64,000 bases of DNA, from NCBI RefSeq assembly GCF_036802865.1, contig NZ_DAIRVK010000001.1, positions 667,341 to 731,340 of the forward strand. The letters run 5' to 3'. Positions within the stretch are counted from its first letter, which is position 1; each line of letters starts with the position of its first letter. Source of the DNA: Sulfurospirillum sp. Lineage in GTDB: Bacteria; Campylobacterota; Campylobacteria; Campylobacterales; Sulfurospirillaceae. The position numbers and the translations under genes are program-made. The notes below the pieces were generated by a model. That model did not search any database, had not been told where the DNA came from, and worked only from the letters and a program-made list of their open reading frames with translations. Of this stretch, positions 1 through 10,205 are shown piece after piece.

Positions 1-2
1 TC

Positions 3-191
3 ATTTTAACGATGGTTCCCATGGCATTTGTAGGGCAGATGATGGGTGAGTTTATGAAGCCCATACCGCTGAATGTTCCTGTGGCAATGATGGCATCTCT
101 TTTAATTGCTTATATTTTTACACCTTTTTTAGCGCGTAAACTTTTAAAAAAGCCAACCCATACAAGAGGAGAGCATGATGCAAAAATTTGA
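3..191 (+). CDS. RND (AcrB-family) efflux permease, end of the N-terminal half; the 5' end lies outside the window
   Basis: Frame-3 translation is ILTMVPMAFVGQMMGEFMKPIPLNVPVAMMASLLIAYIFTPFLARKLLKKPTHTRGEHDAKI*. It looks like the last TM helix of the first half of an RND pump plus the cytoplasmic linker. It stops at TGA 189-191, 17 nt inside the next ORF. Confidence 0.6.
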   Translation: MLTMVPMAFVGQMMGEFMKPIPLNVPVAMMASLLIAYIFTPFLARKLLKKPTHTRGEHDAKI

Positions 192-1833
192 ACAGTTTGT
201 TCACGCTCTTTTACTCGAAGAGCGCAAAAAGAAACTGGTACTTCTTCTTACTTTGGTAGCATTTGTACTGGCTGTGTTAATGTTTCCGACTAAAATCGTT
301 TTAGCAAAGATGTTGCCAAGTAAAAGTACCAATACGTTCTCAATCTATGTGGATTTGCCCAATGGAAGCTCCTACCAAGAGACCAACCACGTCAATGCCT
401 GTATTATGGGCATTTTACAAAAAGAGAAAGAAATCCAAAATATCGAAGTGTTTAATGGTATGGGATCACCGCTTGATTATGCAGGTTTGGCGAAAGGCTC
501 AGGGCTGAAGAGTGGCGAGCATGTCAGCGAAATAGTGGTGAATTTAAGTGGCATTCACGAACGAGATGAACGCTCTTTTGCTATGGTGCATCGTTTACGC
601 CCAATGATTGTTCACAATTGTGAGAGACTCATTCCTCAAACGTCTATTAAGATGGTCGAACAGCCCGCAGGTCCTCCGACGATGGCAGCGCTTGTTGTTG
701 AACTGTATGGTGAAAATACGATGCACCTAGGTACTTTGGCAGAACGTATCAAGCAGATTTTGATGAAGACTAAAGACCTCGTGGATGTGGATATTATGAG
801 TGATGAGATTTACGAAAAATATGCGCTCATTTTAGATAAAGAGAAAGTAAGTCGCTCTCATCTTAGCATTGAAAAAATTAATGACCTCTTGTACCTCGGT
901 TTTGAAGGTATGCATGTAGCGCATAAGAACAGTGACAGTTCGCCATCGCAAATTCCTCTTTATGTGGTACTCAGTTCACCTTCTAAGTCTCTTCCTTATG
1001 CCTCGAAAGAGGAACTGAGCGCAAAACTAAGTACACTGAAACTTTTCAATGCTCAGGGCATGATGGTACCGCTCTCGGAGGTGGTACGTGTTGAAAAAGT
1101 CGCTTCAAGTCCAACCATTACGTCAAAGAACGTACGGAAAATGGTTAGCATTGTTGCTGAAGCAGATTTGGTTTCACAAGTTTATCCTCTTTTGGAAGCA
1201 CGAAAAAGCATTAAAGAGGCACTTGAAAATGAGTTTGAGATCACAAGAAGTCATCTTTTTGATTTGAAACTCAAAGATAAAAAGAGTGGTGAAGTTTTTG
1301 AACTTGTTTGGGATGGTGAGATGAAAGTGACGATGGATACCTTTCGTGACTTAGGCGGTGCTTTTATTGCCGCACTCATTTTAATTTTTTTACTTATGGT
1401 GGTTTACTATAAAAGCTTTACACTCTCAGGTATTGTACTCGTGGGGAGCTTCCTCTCAATCATTGGGGTTATCATGGGGCATTGGGTTATGGACATTTTC
1501 TCTTCTACGACCTTTTTTCTTACCGCGACTTCGCTTATCGGGTTTATTTCATTGATGGGGATTAGTTCGCGTAATTCTCTGTTATTGATTGATTTTACGC
1601 AGACATTGATTAAGCAGGGTGTCGAAAAAAAAGTGGCGATTGCAAGGGCCAGTGCAACACGGGCAAAACCGATTGTCCTTACGGCTGCTGCAATTATCTT
1701 AGCGAGTACGCTTTTAGCAACAGATCCAATATTTGGGGGATTAGGGGTAGCACTTATTTTTGGGACAATTGCTGCGGTGATTGCCTCTTTGGTAGTGGTT
1801 CCTGTTCTTATGGATAATACAAATGCAATTTAA
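175..1833 (+). CDS. RND (AcrB-family) efflux permease, C-terminal half (TM7, periplasmic loop, TM8-12)
   Basis: The 552-aa ORF has one N-terminal TM helix, a ~330-aa soluble loop and a C-terminal bundle of TM helices (GGAFIAALILIFLLMVVYY ... SRNSLLLIDF ... RAKPIVLTAAAIIL), typical of the second half of RND pumps. An AGGAG at 167-171 precedes ATG 175/178. Confidence 0.8.
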   Translation: MMQKFEQFVHALLLEERKKKLVLLLTLVAFVLAVLMFPTKIVLAKMLPSKSTNTFSIYVDLPNGSSYQETNHVNACIMGILQKEKEIQNIEVFNGMGSPLDYAGLAKGSGLKSGEHVSEIVVNLSGIHERDERSFAMVHRLRPMIVHNCERLIPQTSIKMVEQPAGPPTMAALVVELYGENTMHLGTLAERIKQILMKTKDLVDVDIMSDEIYEKYALILDKEKVSRSHLSIEKINDLLYLGFEGMHVAHKNSDSSPSQIPLYVVLSSPSKSLPYASKEELSAKLSTLKLFNAQGMMVPLSEVVRVEKVASSPTITSKNVRKMVSIVAEADLVSQVYPLLEARKSIKEALENEFEITRSHLFDLKLKDKKSGEVFELVWDGEMKVTMDTFRDLGGAFIAALILIFLLMVVYYKSFTLSGIVLVGSFLSIIGVIMGHWVMDIFSSTTFFLTATSLIGFISLMGISSRNSLLLIDFTQTLIKQGVEKKVAIARASATRAKPIVLTAAAIILASTLLATDPIFGGLGVALIFGTIAAVIASLVVVPVLMDNTNAI

Positions 1834-1838
1834 AGACG

Positions 1839-1849
1839 TTTACATGTAG
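1839..1849. repeat. Partial copy of the TTTACATGTAAA palindrome (TTTACATGTAg)
   Basis: Read directly; it lies 6 nt after the RND stop codon. Confidence 0.7.
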
Positions 1850-1862
1850 AAGATAGGGCAAC

Positions 1863-2030
1863 TTATCGTTTTACATGTAAAAGTTTTCGACGCGTTGAGA
1901 CCAACAGGCGCATCATACGGTACACAAAAAGACGCTTGTTCATAATGCTTATTTTACGGCAATTTTTATCTTTCAAACACTCAAATACCTCTTCTAACGC
2001 TAACTTCTCACTTACGGATAGATTTGTCAT
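1863..2030 (-). CDS. Hypothetical 55-aa basic protein, translationally coupled to the upstream XRE gene
   Basis: Hand translation of the minus strand gives MTNLSVSEKLALEEVFECLKDKNCRKISIMNKRLFVYRMMRLLVSTRRKLLHVKR*. Its ATG (2030-2028) overlaps the TGA (2029-2027) of the XRE ORF as ATGA. It is below the ORF-track length cutoff and I recognise no family. Confidence 0.35.
   Translation of the reverse strand: MTNLSVSEKLALEEVFECLKDKNCRKISIMNKRLFVYRMMRLLVSTRRKLLHVKR
1869..1882. repeat. 14-bp perfect palindrome TTTTACATGTAAAA
   Basis: Read directly; it lies in the last codons (LLHVKR) of the putative 55-aa ORF. Confidence 0.85.
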
Positions 2031-2290
2031 ACCGTTCCTTTTTGCCCGTCATTTATCTTACGTACCAGTCTTACAATATCTTCATCTCTTAACATTCCAA
2101 GCATATTAAAAACCACGGGAATCCCCATAGGTGCGCTACTACCGAGCCTCCACTCCTGATAGGTACGCATCGAAATACCAAAGTTTTCTGCCATTTTTTT
2201 TTGAGAAATTTTTTTACCCATATTCTCAGCTTCAATAGCATTGTGCAAAAGATTGATGATATCGCTTGTTTTCATCGTACGATAATACAT
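2027..2290 (-). CDS. XRE-family helix-turn-helix transcriptional regulator (87 aa)
   Basis: The segment ISQKKMAENFGISMRTYQEWRLG matches the HTH_XRE pattern (helix, G-I/V-S, x-x-T-hydrophobic-x-x-W/Y-E). The protein is small and contains a T9 run on the plus strand (2194-2202), read as codons QKKM. Confidence 0.7.
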   Translation of the reverse strand: MYYRTMKTSDIINLLHNAIEAENMGKKISQKKMAENFGISMRTYQEWRLGSSAPMGIPVVFNMLGMLRDEDIVRLVRKINDGQKGTV

Positions 2291-2409
2291 AAAAACGTAT
2301 TAAATATAAATTAAATTGTATAAAATATACTAATTAATTTATATTTTAAACTTTATAATAGATATTATATCTTTTTTATTGTTAATTATATTCTTTATAT
2401 TGATTTAAA

Positions 2410-2427
2410 TATACAATATATTGTATA
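2410..2427. promoter_or_regulatory. 18-bp perfect palindrome TATACAATATATTGTATA, a candidate operator in the XRE/efp divergent region
   Basis: The perfect dyad was verified by hand. The half-site ATTGTATAAAA(A)TAT recurs at 2315-2328 and 2420-2434. The whole 2291-2495 spacer is extremely AT-rich. Confidence 0.3.
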
Positions 2428-2462
2428 AAAATATGCCATTTTGTTGTCTTTGTTTTTTTCGC

Positions 2463-2468
2463 TATAAT
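2463..2468 (+). promoter_or_regulatory. Candidate -10 box (TATAAT) for efp
   Basis: TATAAT lies 27 nt upstream of the efp ATG, and AGGAG at 2486-2490 is the likely RBS. Confidence 0.35.
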
Positions 2469-2495
2469 GGTGAAAACTAATATTTAGGAGAATTT

Positions 2496-3059
2496 ATGGC
2501 CTCTATTTCAATGGGCGACTTAAAAAAAGGGTTAAAGATCGAATTTAACGGTATCCCTTATAAAATCACAGAGTATCAACATGTTAAACCTGGTAAAGGT
2601 GCGGCATTTGTACGTTGTAAAATTAAATCTTTTATCGATGGAAGAGTGATCGAAAAAACATTCCACGCAGGAGATAAATGTGAAACTCCACATCTTGAAG
2701 ATAAAGTTATGCAGTTTTTGTATGATGATGGCGAATTTTTGCAATTTATGGACAGCGTAACATACGAGCAAATTGCTTTAACACACGACCAAGTAGGTGA
2801 AGCAGCGGATTGGATTATTGATGGTATGAATGTCGATATGTTGTACCACAATGGACAACCTATCAGCGTTGAAGCACCTCAATTTGTTCAACTTAAAATC
2901 GTAGAAACACCACCAAACTTCAAAGGCGACACTCAAGGTGGCAAAAAACCTGCAACGCTAGAAAGTGGTGCTGTTGTTCAAGTTCCTTTCCACGTAGTAG
3001 AGGGCGATCTTATTAAAGTTGACACCGTTCGTGGTGAATATTTAGAAAAAGTAAAATAA
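2496..3059 (+). CDS. efp: Translation elongation factor P
   Basis: 187 aa. The N-terminus [38 protein letters not shown] is the canonical EF-P KOW domain, with the conserved KPGKG loop. Confidence 0.97.
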   Translation: MASISMGDLKKGLKIEFNGIPYKITEYQHVKPGKGAAFVRCKIKSFIDGRVIEKTFHAGDKCETPHLEDKVMQFLYDDGEFLQFMDSVTYEQIALTHDQVGEAADWIIDGMNVDMLYHNGQPISVEAPQFVQLKIVETPPNFKGDTQGGKKPATLESGAVVQVPFHVVEGDLIKVDTVRGEYLEKVK

Positions 3060-3073
3060 TCTTACTTGAAAAC

Positions 3074-3102
3074 ACCATAACGCGATAAACTTGCGTTATG
3101 GT
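3074..3102 (+). terminator. Hairpin after efp (ACCATAACGC-N9-GCGTTATGGT)
   Basis: A 10-bp perfect stem lies 15 nt after the efp stop. It is followed by a pyrimidine-rich stretch, not a clean T-run. Confidence 0.45.
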
Positions 3103-3168
3103 CTCCTCCTCTTTCCTCCTTTAGTGCTATAATAACCTCATAATTCGATTATTTAGGAGGTTGCAACG

Positions 3169-5025
3169 ATGTTTACCAATCTCACCATTAAAGCACGTAA
3201 TATTATTTTGGCATGCGTTGTCATTCTAGGACTCACGGCTATTCATACGACTGCAAAAATTTTTAACGACAAAGAAAAAAAACTTTTGAATATTAGGATG
3301 GATATTACCTCTTTAAAAGAAGAGATATTGACGTTGCGAAAAAATGAAAAAGATTTTTTGATGCGCAATGATCTTAAATACGAAAAAGCACTTTTAGAAT
3401 CTGCTACTAAACTCTCAGAACGACTTCAATTAATCTCTAAAACAGCAGAGACTCAAAAAATAAAAACATCGGAGTTAGTCCGTTTAGAAGAAGTTCTTCA
3501 CGCGTATGTTACTGTTTTTAATGAAGTTGTCGCCCAAAAAAAGAGAATAGGACTTACGCCTGAAGAGGGACTTGAAGGAGCGATGCGTCAAGCAATTCAT
3601 GAAGCAGAAAATGGATTTAAAGAGCTCAAAGATTATAAAATGCAAACATTCATGCTGACCCTTCGTCGTAATGAAAAAGATTTTATGTTACGTCTTGCTC
3701 CAAAGTATGCACAAGAACATCGTGCCAACTATGAAAAAACAGTGGCATATGTTCAAAACCATGAAGAACTGGCTTTTTCAGTGAAACTTTTAGAGAAATA
3801 CAACCAGAGTTTTGTGGAGTTTGTTAAGGCGTATGAAGTGTTGGGTTTAGATGAAAAAAGTGGACTCAATGGTAAACTGCGTGATACTGTGCATCAAACG
3901 GAAGCGTTGGTTTCCAAATCAATTCAATTATTGGATCAAGAAATTACATCAACGATTGAGACAACAAAAGTGATTTATGTTGCGGTTGGAAGCGTGGTTG
4001 TGGGCGTAGTATTATCTCTAATCGTGCTCATTATTCGCAGTGTTTTAATCCCTCTACGTGCTTTAACCCAAGCTATTGTCACCAATGAACGAGATCTGAC
4101 ACTCCGTTACAGTACGCCTTATAATGATGAACTTAAAGAGATTGCAGATGCCCTTAATGCCTTTATGGAACGTTTGAGACAGATTGTGTTAGGCGCCATA
4201 CATGCAAGCGATGAAAATGCTGCTGTCTCACATGAACTCTCTATGACATCCAATAACATTGGTAAGCGAGCCGAAGAAGAGAGCCGAATTGTGGAGCGTA
4301 CAACGCAAACGGGTAATCAAGCGCGCGATACGATTGATAGTTCCGTCGCAAACTCTCAAAAAGCACAAACAGAAATTACTCAGACAAATGAATCATTGAT
4401 GCAAACAAATCAAATTTTTGGTCTTTTAATCAATAGGATTGAACAAACAGGTGTTGTTGAAAGTGAGCTGCAGCAAAAAATGGTGACGCTTTCTCAAGAT
4501 GCCGAAAAAGTCAAAGATATTCTCCGTGTCATTAGTGATATTGCTGATCAGACCAATTTACTTGCACTCAATGCTGCCATTGAAGCAGCGCGGGCAGGGG
4601 AACATGGACGAGGGTTCGCGGTTGTCGCAGATGAGGTACGAAAATTGGCTGAACGAACTCAAAAAAGTTTAGTGGAGATACATAGTACGGTAAGCGTTAT
4701 TGTTCAATCTATTGCAAATTCAGCTGATCAGATGGCAAAAAATACAACGCTTTTTGAAGGACTGATTGTCCAATCGACTGAAGTTTCTCATAAAATTGAG
4801 ACTTCCGTGGGGCTAATGGGTAATGCCATTGGAGTGGTATCCCTTGCGACACATACGTCTGAAGAAACAGGACGTGAAATTAAAAAAATTGTTGATGAAA
4901 TTAATGAGATTAATCATATTACCTCCAGCAATGCTCGTGATATCGAAGAGATAGCTGGGGCGGCAGAGCATCTCCACAGTGTCACGCAAAAACTGAACGA
5001 CCAATTGCACTATTTTAAAGTTTAA
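3169..5025 (+). CDS. Methyl-accepting chemotaxis protein with a helical periplasmic sensor
   Basis: 618 aa. It has an N-terminal TM helix and a ~250-aa helical sensor with a duplicated motif ([18 protein letters not shown] / [19 protein letters not shown]). A second TM helix and a HAMP-like segment follow, then the MCP signalling hairpin [41 protein letters not shown]. Confidence 0.93.
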   Translation: MFTNLTIKARNIILACVVILGLTAIHTTAKIFNDKEKKLLNIRMDITSLKEEILTLRKNEKDFLMRNDLKYEKALLESATKLSERLQLISKTAETQKIKTSELVRLEEVLHAYVTVFNEVVAQKKRIGLTPEEGLEGAMRQAIHEAENGFKELKDYKMQTFMLTLRRNEKDFMLRLAPKYAQEHRANYEKTVAYVQNHEELAFSVKLLEKYNQSFVEFVKAYEVLGLDEKSGLNGKLRDTVHQTEALVSKSIQLLDQEITSTIETTKVIYVAVGSVVVGVVLSLIVLIIRSVLIPLRALTQAIVTNERDLTLRYSTPYNDELKEIADALNAFMERLRQIVLGAIHASDENAAVSHELSMTSNNIGKRAEEESRIVERTTQTGNQARDTIDSSVANSQKAQTEITQTNESLMQTNQIFGLLINRIEQTGVVESELQQKMVTLSQDAEKVKDILRVISDIADQTNLLALNAAIEAARAGEHGRGFAVVADEVRKLAERTQKSLVEIHSTVSVIVQSIANSADQMAKNTTLFEGLIVQSTEVSHKIETSVGLMGNAIGVVSLATHTSEETGREIKKIVDEINEINHITSSNARDIEEIAGAAEHLHSVTQKLNDQLHYFKV

Positions 5026-5039
5026 AAGAAGGAAAAATA

Positions 5040-5588
5040 ATGGTAAAAAAAGTAATTGTCCCTTTAGCTGAGGGATTTGAAGAGATTGAAGCATTAACGA
5101 TTGTTGATATTTTAAGACGTGCCAATGTGGATGTTACTATGGCCGCTTTAGCGTCTTTACCTGTAAAAGGAGCGCATGGCATTGTTGTGATGGCCGATGC
5201 ACTTTTGAAAGATTTAGAGGAGAATGACTTTGATATGATCGCCCTTCCTGGCGGTCTTCCTGGCGCTACCAATTTAGCAGCTGATGAGAATGTTCAAGCA
5301 CTTTTAAAAGCGTTTGATGTGAAAGGTAAAGCCATTGGGGCGATTTGTGCTGCTCCTTATGCGCTTAAAACAGCAGGTGTGCTCAAAAACAGCTATACCT
5401 GTTATCCAGGATTTCAGTCTAAAATTGGTCTTGAAGGGTATAACGTAAAGGATAAAGTAGTTATAGATGGCAATATAACGACCTCTCAAGGTCCAAGTAC
5501 CGCAATGTTGTTTGCATTATCTTTAGTCGAACAGTTGTGTTCAAAAAGTGTTGCTGACGCATTAGCAAAAGATTTGTTGTTACTATAA
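5040..5588 (+). CDS. DJ-1/PfpI (ThiJ/YajL-like) family protein
   Basis: 182 aa. It contains VLVPLAEGFEEIE, ALPGG and the nucleophile-elbow motif AIGAICAAP, typical of the DJ-1 family. Confidence 0.88.
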   Translation: MVKKVIVPLAEGFEEIEALTIVDILRRANVDVTMAALASLPVKGAHGIVVMADALLKDLEENDFDMIALPGGLPGATNLAADENVQALLKAFDVKGKAIGAICAAPYALKTAGVLKNSYTCYPGFQSKIGLEGYNVKDKVVIDGNITTSQGPSTAMLFALSLVEQLCSKSVADALAKDLLLL

Positions 5589-5615
5589 TAAGGCCATAAA
5601 ATAGGAGGTTGATGT

Positions 5616-7226
5616 ATGTTGTCAAAAATTAAAGTCAAACTGATTTTTTTATTTGTGATTTTATGTATCGGTTTTGGAATTATTGGGTTTGATACCATTA
5701 AAATGGGCTCTGACGCCAAAGGTGTTGCCGTGCGCTTTCAGCTTCTTCAACGTCTTGAAGCGGATGTGCTTTCATGTATGATGGATCTTCGAGGTTTTCA
5801 GCTTTTAGGCAATCCTAAAATGCTTGAACATTATGAACAAAGTTACCAAAAATCATCTCAAAATATTGATAAATTGGCAACTATATTTTTAAGTAAAGTC
5901 AATCAAGAAAAGATAGCGGAGATTAAAAAGAATTTTGAAGAATGGCATACACTCAATGCTCCTCGTGTAAAGATTTTAGCACAGTATGGCAAAGGGGTTA
6001 ATGATCCTACCTTTGAGCAACAGCACGGCTCAGAGCATGCAATGCTTACAAAATTAACGCAAGAGAGTGCCGTACGTTTCGATACAGTGGTCGAACAGTT
6101 ACAATCATTAACCCAAAGTGTTCAAAAAACAAATTTTGCACGTTTAGATACCGATGAGTGGGTCAATAAAATAGCACTAGTCGTTATTTTAATTATTGTC
6201 TCTATAGCGTTTATAATGATAGCACGAAGTATTCAACGCTCGGTATCCGAGGCACAAACAAAATGTGAACAAATGCGTCAAAGCAAAGCACTCAATATGT
6301 CATTGCAAATTTCTTCTCACGATGAGATCAGCGAGACGATGCACACGGTTAATGCTCTTTTATGCGAGATTACTGCTGCCATCGCACAAGCGAAAGACAA
6401 TGCCACTGAAAATGCTTCTGTTGCTGAAGAGCTTTCAAGTACGAGCCTTCAAATAGGCAAACGTGCAGAAGAAGAGTCGGCAGTTGTTAAACAAACCACA
6501 GAGGAAGCTGAACAAGTGGCTTTAGAGATAGAGCACACCAGTGCCGATGTAATAAGGGTGAAAGAGACCATTCATACCGCACAAAAGAGTCTTTTGTTAG
6601 CACAAGATTTGTTGAATCAGACTATTACGCAACTAGACGATACTGTGCATGCTGAATCAAACATCAATGACCGCCTCAATCAACTTTCCAACGATACCGA
6701 TCAAGTCAAAAATGTTTTAGAAGTGATCAGCGATATTGCAGAACAAACCAATTTACTTGCCCTTAATGCCGCTATCGAAGCAGCGCGTGCGGGTGAACAT
6801 GGCAGAGGGTTTGCCGTTGTGGCTGATGAGGTCCGAAAACTGGCGGAGCGGACACAAAAAAGCTTGGTAGAAACCAATGCAACGATTAACGTCATTGTTC
6901 AATCCATACAAGACATTTGTGGACAGATGAACCATAACGCAAAACGCATCCATGAGCTAGGCGAATTTTCCGTGAAAGTGAGTACACAAACTGGTGACGC
7001 GGTCAGTTTATTGGAAGAGACAGTGAGTGCAACGGATGATGTTGTACTTAAGGCATCTCATAATGTTGAGCGCATTAACACCGCCGTCATTCAAAAAATC
7101 GAAGAGATCAATAGCTTATCAAGCTCCAACGCCAGAAGTGTAGAAGAGATCGCAAGTGCAGCGGAACATTTGGCACGTTTATCGGAAAGTTTGAGTGCAA
7201 CATTGGCGCAGTTTAAAACCGCGTAA
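5616..7226 (+). CDS. Methyl-accepting chemotaxis protein with a CHASE3-like sensor
   Basis: 536 aa. TM helix, then [20 protein letters not shown] (CHASE3-like R-G-(F/Y)-x-L-x-G ... Y), a second TM helix, and the MCP hairpin [41 protein letters not shown]. Confidence 0.93.
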   Translation: MLSKIKVKLIFLFVILCIGFGIIGFDTIKMGSDAKGVAVRFQLLQRLEADVLSCMMDLRGFQLLGNPKMLEHYEQSYQKSSQNIDKLATIFLSKVNQEKIAEIKKNFEEWHTLNAPRVKILAQYGKGVNDPTFEQQHGSEHAMLTKLTQESAVRFDTVVEQLQSLTQSVQKTNFARLDTDEWVNKIALVVILIIVSIAFIMIARSIQRSVSEAQTKCEQMRQSKALNMSLQISSHDEISETMHTVNALLCEITAAIAQAKDNATENASVAEELSSTSLQIGKRAEEESAVVKQTTEEAEQVALEIEHTSADVIRVKETIHTAQKSLLLAQDLLNQTITQLDDTVHAESNINDRLNQLSNDTDQVKNVLEVISDIAEQTNLLALNAAIEAARAGEHGRGFAVVADEVRKLAERTQKSLVETNATINVIVQSIQDICGQMNHNAKRIHELGEFSVKVSTQTGDAVSLLEETVSATDDVVLKASHNVERINTAVIQKIEEINSLSSSNARSVEEIASAAEHLARLSESLSATLAQFKTA

Positions 7227-7228
7227 AG

Positions 7229-7242
7229 CTTTACATGTAAAG
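7229..7242. repeat. 14-bp perfect palindrome CTTTACATGTAAAG
   Basis: Read directly; it starts 3 nt after the MCP stop, in the convergent gap with the MutS-HNH gene. Confidence 0.85.
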
Positions 7243-7260
7243 AGCCAATGGGCTCTTTAC
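7237..7260. terminator. Bidirectional hairpin GTAAAGAGCC-aatg-GGCTCTTTAC
   Basis: A 10-bp perfect stem overlaps the palindrome on one side and the stop codon of the minus-strand gene (7257-7259) on the other. Both arms carry the CTTTAC/GTAAAG half-site. Confidence 0.55.
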
Positions 7261-10205
7261 TTCTCTTCGTAGTGGAGTTTGAGTCCTTCACTGCTCATGA
7301 CAAAACCACTAATCGTAATTTTGCCCTCATGCACTAGTTTATGGTGTTTCGCACAAAGCGGTATAAGGTTGTAGCGATGATTTTGGTGAAAATGGTCGAT
7401 GTTACCGTTTTCATCGGCACTCTCTTGTGCTTTAATGTGATGGACTTCATCGACATATTCATCACACAGTGCGCACTTGGAGAGGTAGAGGTTTTTGTTG
7501 TATTTGCTGCGTTTTTTCTGCTTTAAAAGCTCGACTTCACCCAGTTCTCCTGCAAGACTTCGACGGATATCATAAGCGGTTTTGATAAACTCTTTATCCA
7601 TGTGTAACGACTTGGCAAACTCCAAGCCATAAAGTGAACTACCACTGCCAATTTCGAGTTTTCGGTTATAAAGAAGTTTGTCATTTTCCTCATCGTAACT
7701 TACGCCTAAATGCAGGTAAATCACCTTTTTAAGTTCGCTAATAAGTGGCAAGTGGCTCAGTTGATGCAGATGGGTGGCAAAGACAAAGAAAGAGCCTAAT
7801 GAGTGCATCTTGGTAATGGCACTCGCAACAATGGCAAGAGCGGATTCGGTTTCTGTTCCATGACTGATTTCATCGCCCAGTACGAGTGAAAACTCTGTGG
7901 TACGGTTAAAGATATTTTTGAGCTCCAACATTTCAACCGTAAAAGTTGAAAGCCCTTTGTAAAGGTTGTCATGGCTGATGATGCGCGTGAAAATTTTATC
8001 AAACAGGTTAAAACGAAGGCTTGCACACGGAACAAAAAAGCCTGCTTGTGCCATAATGACAGCAATACCAAGGCTTTTCATGAGTGAAGATTTACCACTC
8101 GAGTTGATGCCGTAAAGAAGGACACCTTGCACTTCATTGGCGCTGCAGGCTTCTAAGGTAACATGATCGTGGGTAATGTCAGCTGAGCAATGACCTAAGA
8201 AAATGTCATTAGGTATATAGATGCCATTTTCCTCACGAGACTCAATGAGCGGGTGACGAAGCCCAATCGCCTCGATAAAGCGTTTTTCTTCTTGCATTGG
8301 TAGAAGATCGGGTCTGGTGTAGTTGTAAAGTACGGCACATTTGGCATTGCTAAGAGCAACATCAAGTGTTCCAACAAAGGAGATAAGATGCTCTAAGGTG
8401 AGGGCATAATGGGTTTCGATCTTCTCTAGCATCTCATCATAACGTTGCTTCACTAAAGCAATCATTTGTAGGTTACTAAGTGTGATCTCTTGTGAAATTT
8501 CTTCAATCAAAGACGCTGAAATTTTCACGCTGTTTTTAAGATGCCTAAAGGTGAAATCTTTAAAGAAGTAGTGTTTGTCTCCGATGGTAATGAAGCTTTG
8601 CATGAGCTTCTCTTCAATGAGTGCAAAACGGTTTTTACTGATGGAGATGTAGTGACCCTCGCTCTCTAACCATTCGATGCTAAGCGTCGTGCGATTGCTC
8701 TCTTCAAACAGTGCTTCAATATGTTTTGAAATATGTTCAAGTGCACCAAAGCGTTCTTGTTTACTCTGTTCAATCTTGTCGATTTGTGGATAAACACCTC
8801 TTAGAAAAAGGTTCTCACTGATCTGATCTTTACGAAACTTCGCACAGACATCGAGTACAAACGTACTTTGAAGCATCTCTAAAAGTGCTTCGCTTTCATC
8901 AAAAAGATTTTTAGGTGTTGGTACTTTTTTAAGCTCAGCTTCTTTGAGAATACCGATGATCGCCTCAAGCGATGTACTGAGATAATCAAGCTCTAAAGGG
9001 TGCAATTTTTTAAGCGCAATACGCCTTAAAATGCGCTCTAAGTCATACACTTGTTTGAGTGCGATCTCAAATTTTTTATAGTCTTTGATCAGTTGGTTAC
9101 TGAGATCAAAACGCTCATTGAGTGTTTTAAGATCGCAAATAGGATTGAGCAAACGCTCTTTTAAAAGACGTTTTCCTATCGCGGTAGAGGTTTGGTCGAT
9201 GAGGTTTAACAGTGTCATCTCGGAGGGATTTTTAGAGATGATGTCGAGTTGTTCAAGGGCATTGTTACCGATGTAGAGATAACGACTGTTTCCGAGCAAA
9301 ATAGGGCGACTCATTTTCTCGATGATGTTGGCATCATGCTCGATGATAAAATCGCACAAAATAGCTAAGGATTCGCTCGCATACGGGTATCGCTCAATGT
9401 CGAGGTACTCGATAGGAGAGAGCAAGGAGCGAATAGCGTAAATGCGCCCAAAAAGTTCATTTTGATACGCCACTTTGAGACGTTCTTTGTTGATGCTATG
9501 CGCCACGCTTGGTGTAATTTCAAGATAGTTCTGCACCCACTCTTTGTCAATGCTTTCAGTGTTAAACGTAAGAACAAGTTCGCTGGTTTTATAGGTTTGC
9601 AAAAGATTGAAAATCTCATCTAACGCATAGGTTTTATCTTCTCTTGTGCCATGCACTTCGTTGATGATGGTTTTGCCTGTGGTGACATCAATCGCACTAT
9701 AACCTACAGAATAAATCTGGTGGTTGCAGTCAACTAACAACGAGACAAGATAATTTTCACTGGACTCGATGAGGTAGTCGAAGTTCGTACCGGGGCTTAT
9801 AATGTTGGAGATGTAACGCTTCACATGCGGCGGCTCACCTTTTTGGCGCACTAAAACGATGGTGTATTTTTTACTTTGTACTAAGCGTGCAAGGTAGCGA
9901 TCGAGTGAAACCGATGGGATGCCCGCTAATAGGGGGTTTTGCAAAGAGTTTTCTAAAATGGATTTATTTTTGCGGGTGAGTTGGATGTTAAGAAGTTCGC
10001 TGACCTCTTTGGCTTTGCCGATTTGATGGGTTTCATTGTTGACTTCATACGTTTCAAAAAAAGAGCCAATCTCCATAAAAACGATGGTGTTTTTACCATA
10101 TTTTTCTTCAAAAAAGAGCTGAAGATCGAAATAGATTTCGGTCAGTAATCTCTCTTTAGAACAGAGCATTTGCGCAATATTTTCTAGCATTCGTTTCGTT
10201 TCCAC
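7257..10205 (-). CDS. MutS-family DNA mismatch-binding ATPase fused to a C-terminal HNH endonuclease (MutS7-like)
   Basis: 982 aa.
- The N-terminus has a GSFFETYE segment resembling the MutS domain I Phe-x-Glu motif.
- Walker A is [15 protein letters not shown], Walker B is [12 protein letters not shown], and the FATHLHQL motif matches the MutS ABC ATPase.
- The last ~70 aa are [17 protein letters not shown]...[20 protein letters not shown], a Cys-flanked HNH motif.
- No Smr domain is visible. Confidence 0.85.
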   Translation of the reverse strand: METKRMLENIAQMLCSKERLLTEIYFDLQLFFEEKYGKNTIVFMEIGSFFETYEVNNETHQIGKAKEVSELLNIQLTRKNKSILENSLQNPLLAGIPSVSLDRYLARLVQSKKYTIVLVRQKGEPPHVKRYISNIISPGTNFDYLIESSENYLVSLLVDCNHQIYSVGYSAIDVTTGKTIINEVHGTREDKTYALDEIFNLLQTYKTSELVLTFNTESIDKEWVQNYLEITPSVAHSINKERLKVAYQNELFGRIYAIRSLLSPIEYLDIERYPYASESLAILCDFIIEHDANIIEKMSRPILLGNSRYLYIGNNALEQLDIISKNPSEMTLLNLIDQTSTAIGKRLLKERLLNPICDLKTLNERFDLSNQLIKDYKKFEIALKQVYDLERILRRIALKKLHPLELDYLSTSLEAIIGILKEAELKKVPTPKNLFDESEALLEMLQSTFVLDVCAKFRKDQISENLFLRGVYPQIDKIEQSKQERFGALEHISKHIEALFEESNRTTLSIEWLESEGHYISISKNRFALIEEKLMQSFITIGDKHYFFKDFTFRHLKNSVKISASLIEEISQEITLSNLQMIALVKQRYDEMLEKIETHYALTLEHLISFVGTLDVALSNAKCAVLYNYTRPDLLPMQEEKRFIEAIGLRHPLIESREENGIYIPNDIFLGHCSADITHDHVTLEACSANEVQGVLLYGINSSGKSSLMKSLGIAVIMAQAGFFVPCASLRFNLFDKIFTRIISHDNLYKGLSTFTVEMLELKNIFNRTTEFSLVLGDEISHGTETESALAIVASAITKMHSLGSFFVFATHLHQLSHLPLISELKKVIYLHLGVSYDEENDKLLYNRKLEIGSGSSLYGLEFAKSLHMDKEFIKTAYDIRRSLAGELGEVELLKQKKRSKYNKNLYLSKCALCDEYVDEVHHIKAQESADENGNIDHFHQNHRYNLIPLCAKHHKLVHEGKITISGFVMSSEGLKLHYEEK

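Noticed and set aside
4531-4680. Repeated block shared with 6721-6870 and, more loosely, 26800-26950
   Set aside because: This is the conserved MCP signalling hairpin ([35 protein letters not shown]). The DNA copies differ at many synonymous positions, so they are old paralogous domains, not a recent duplication or a mobile repeat.
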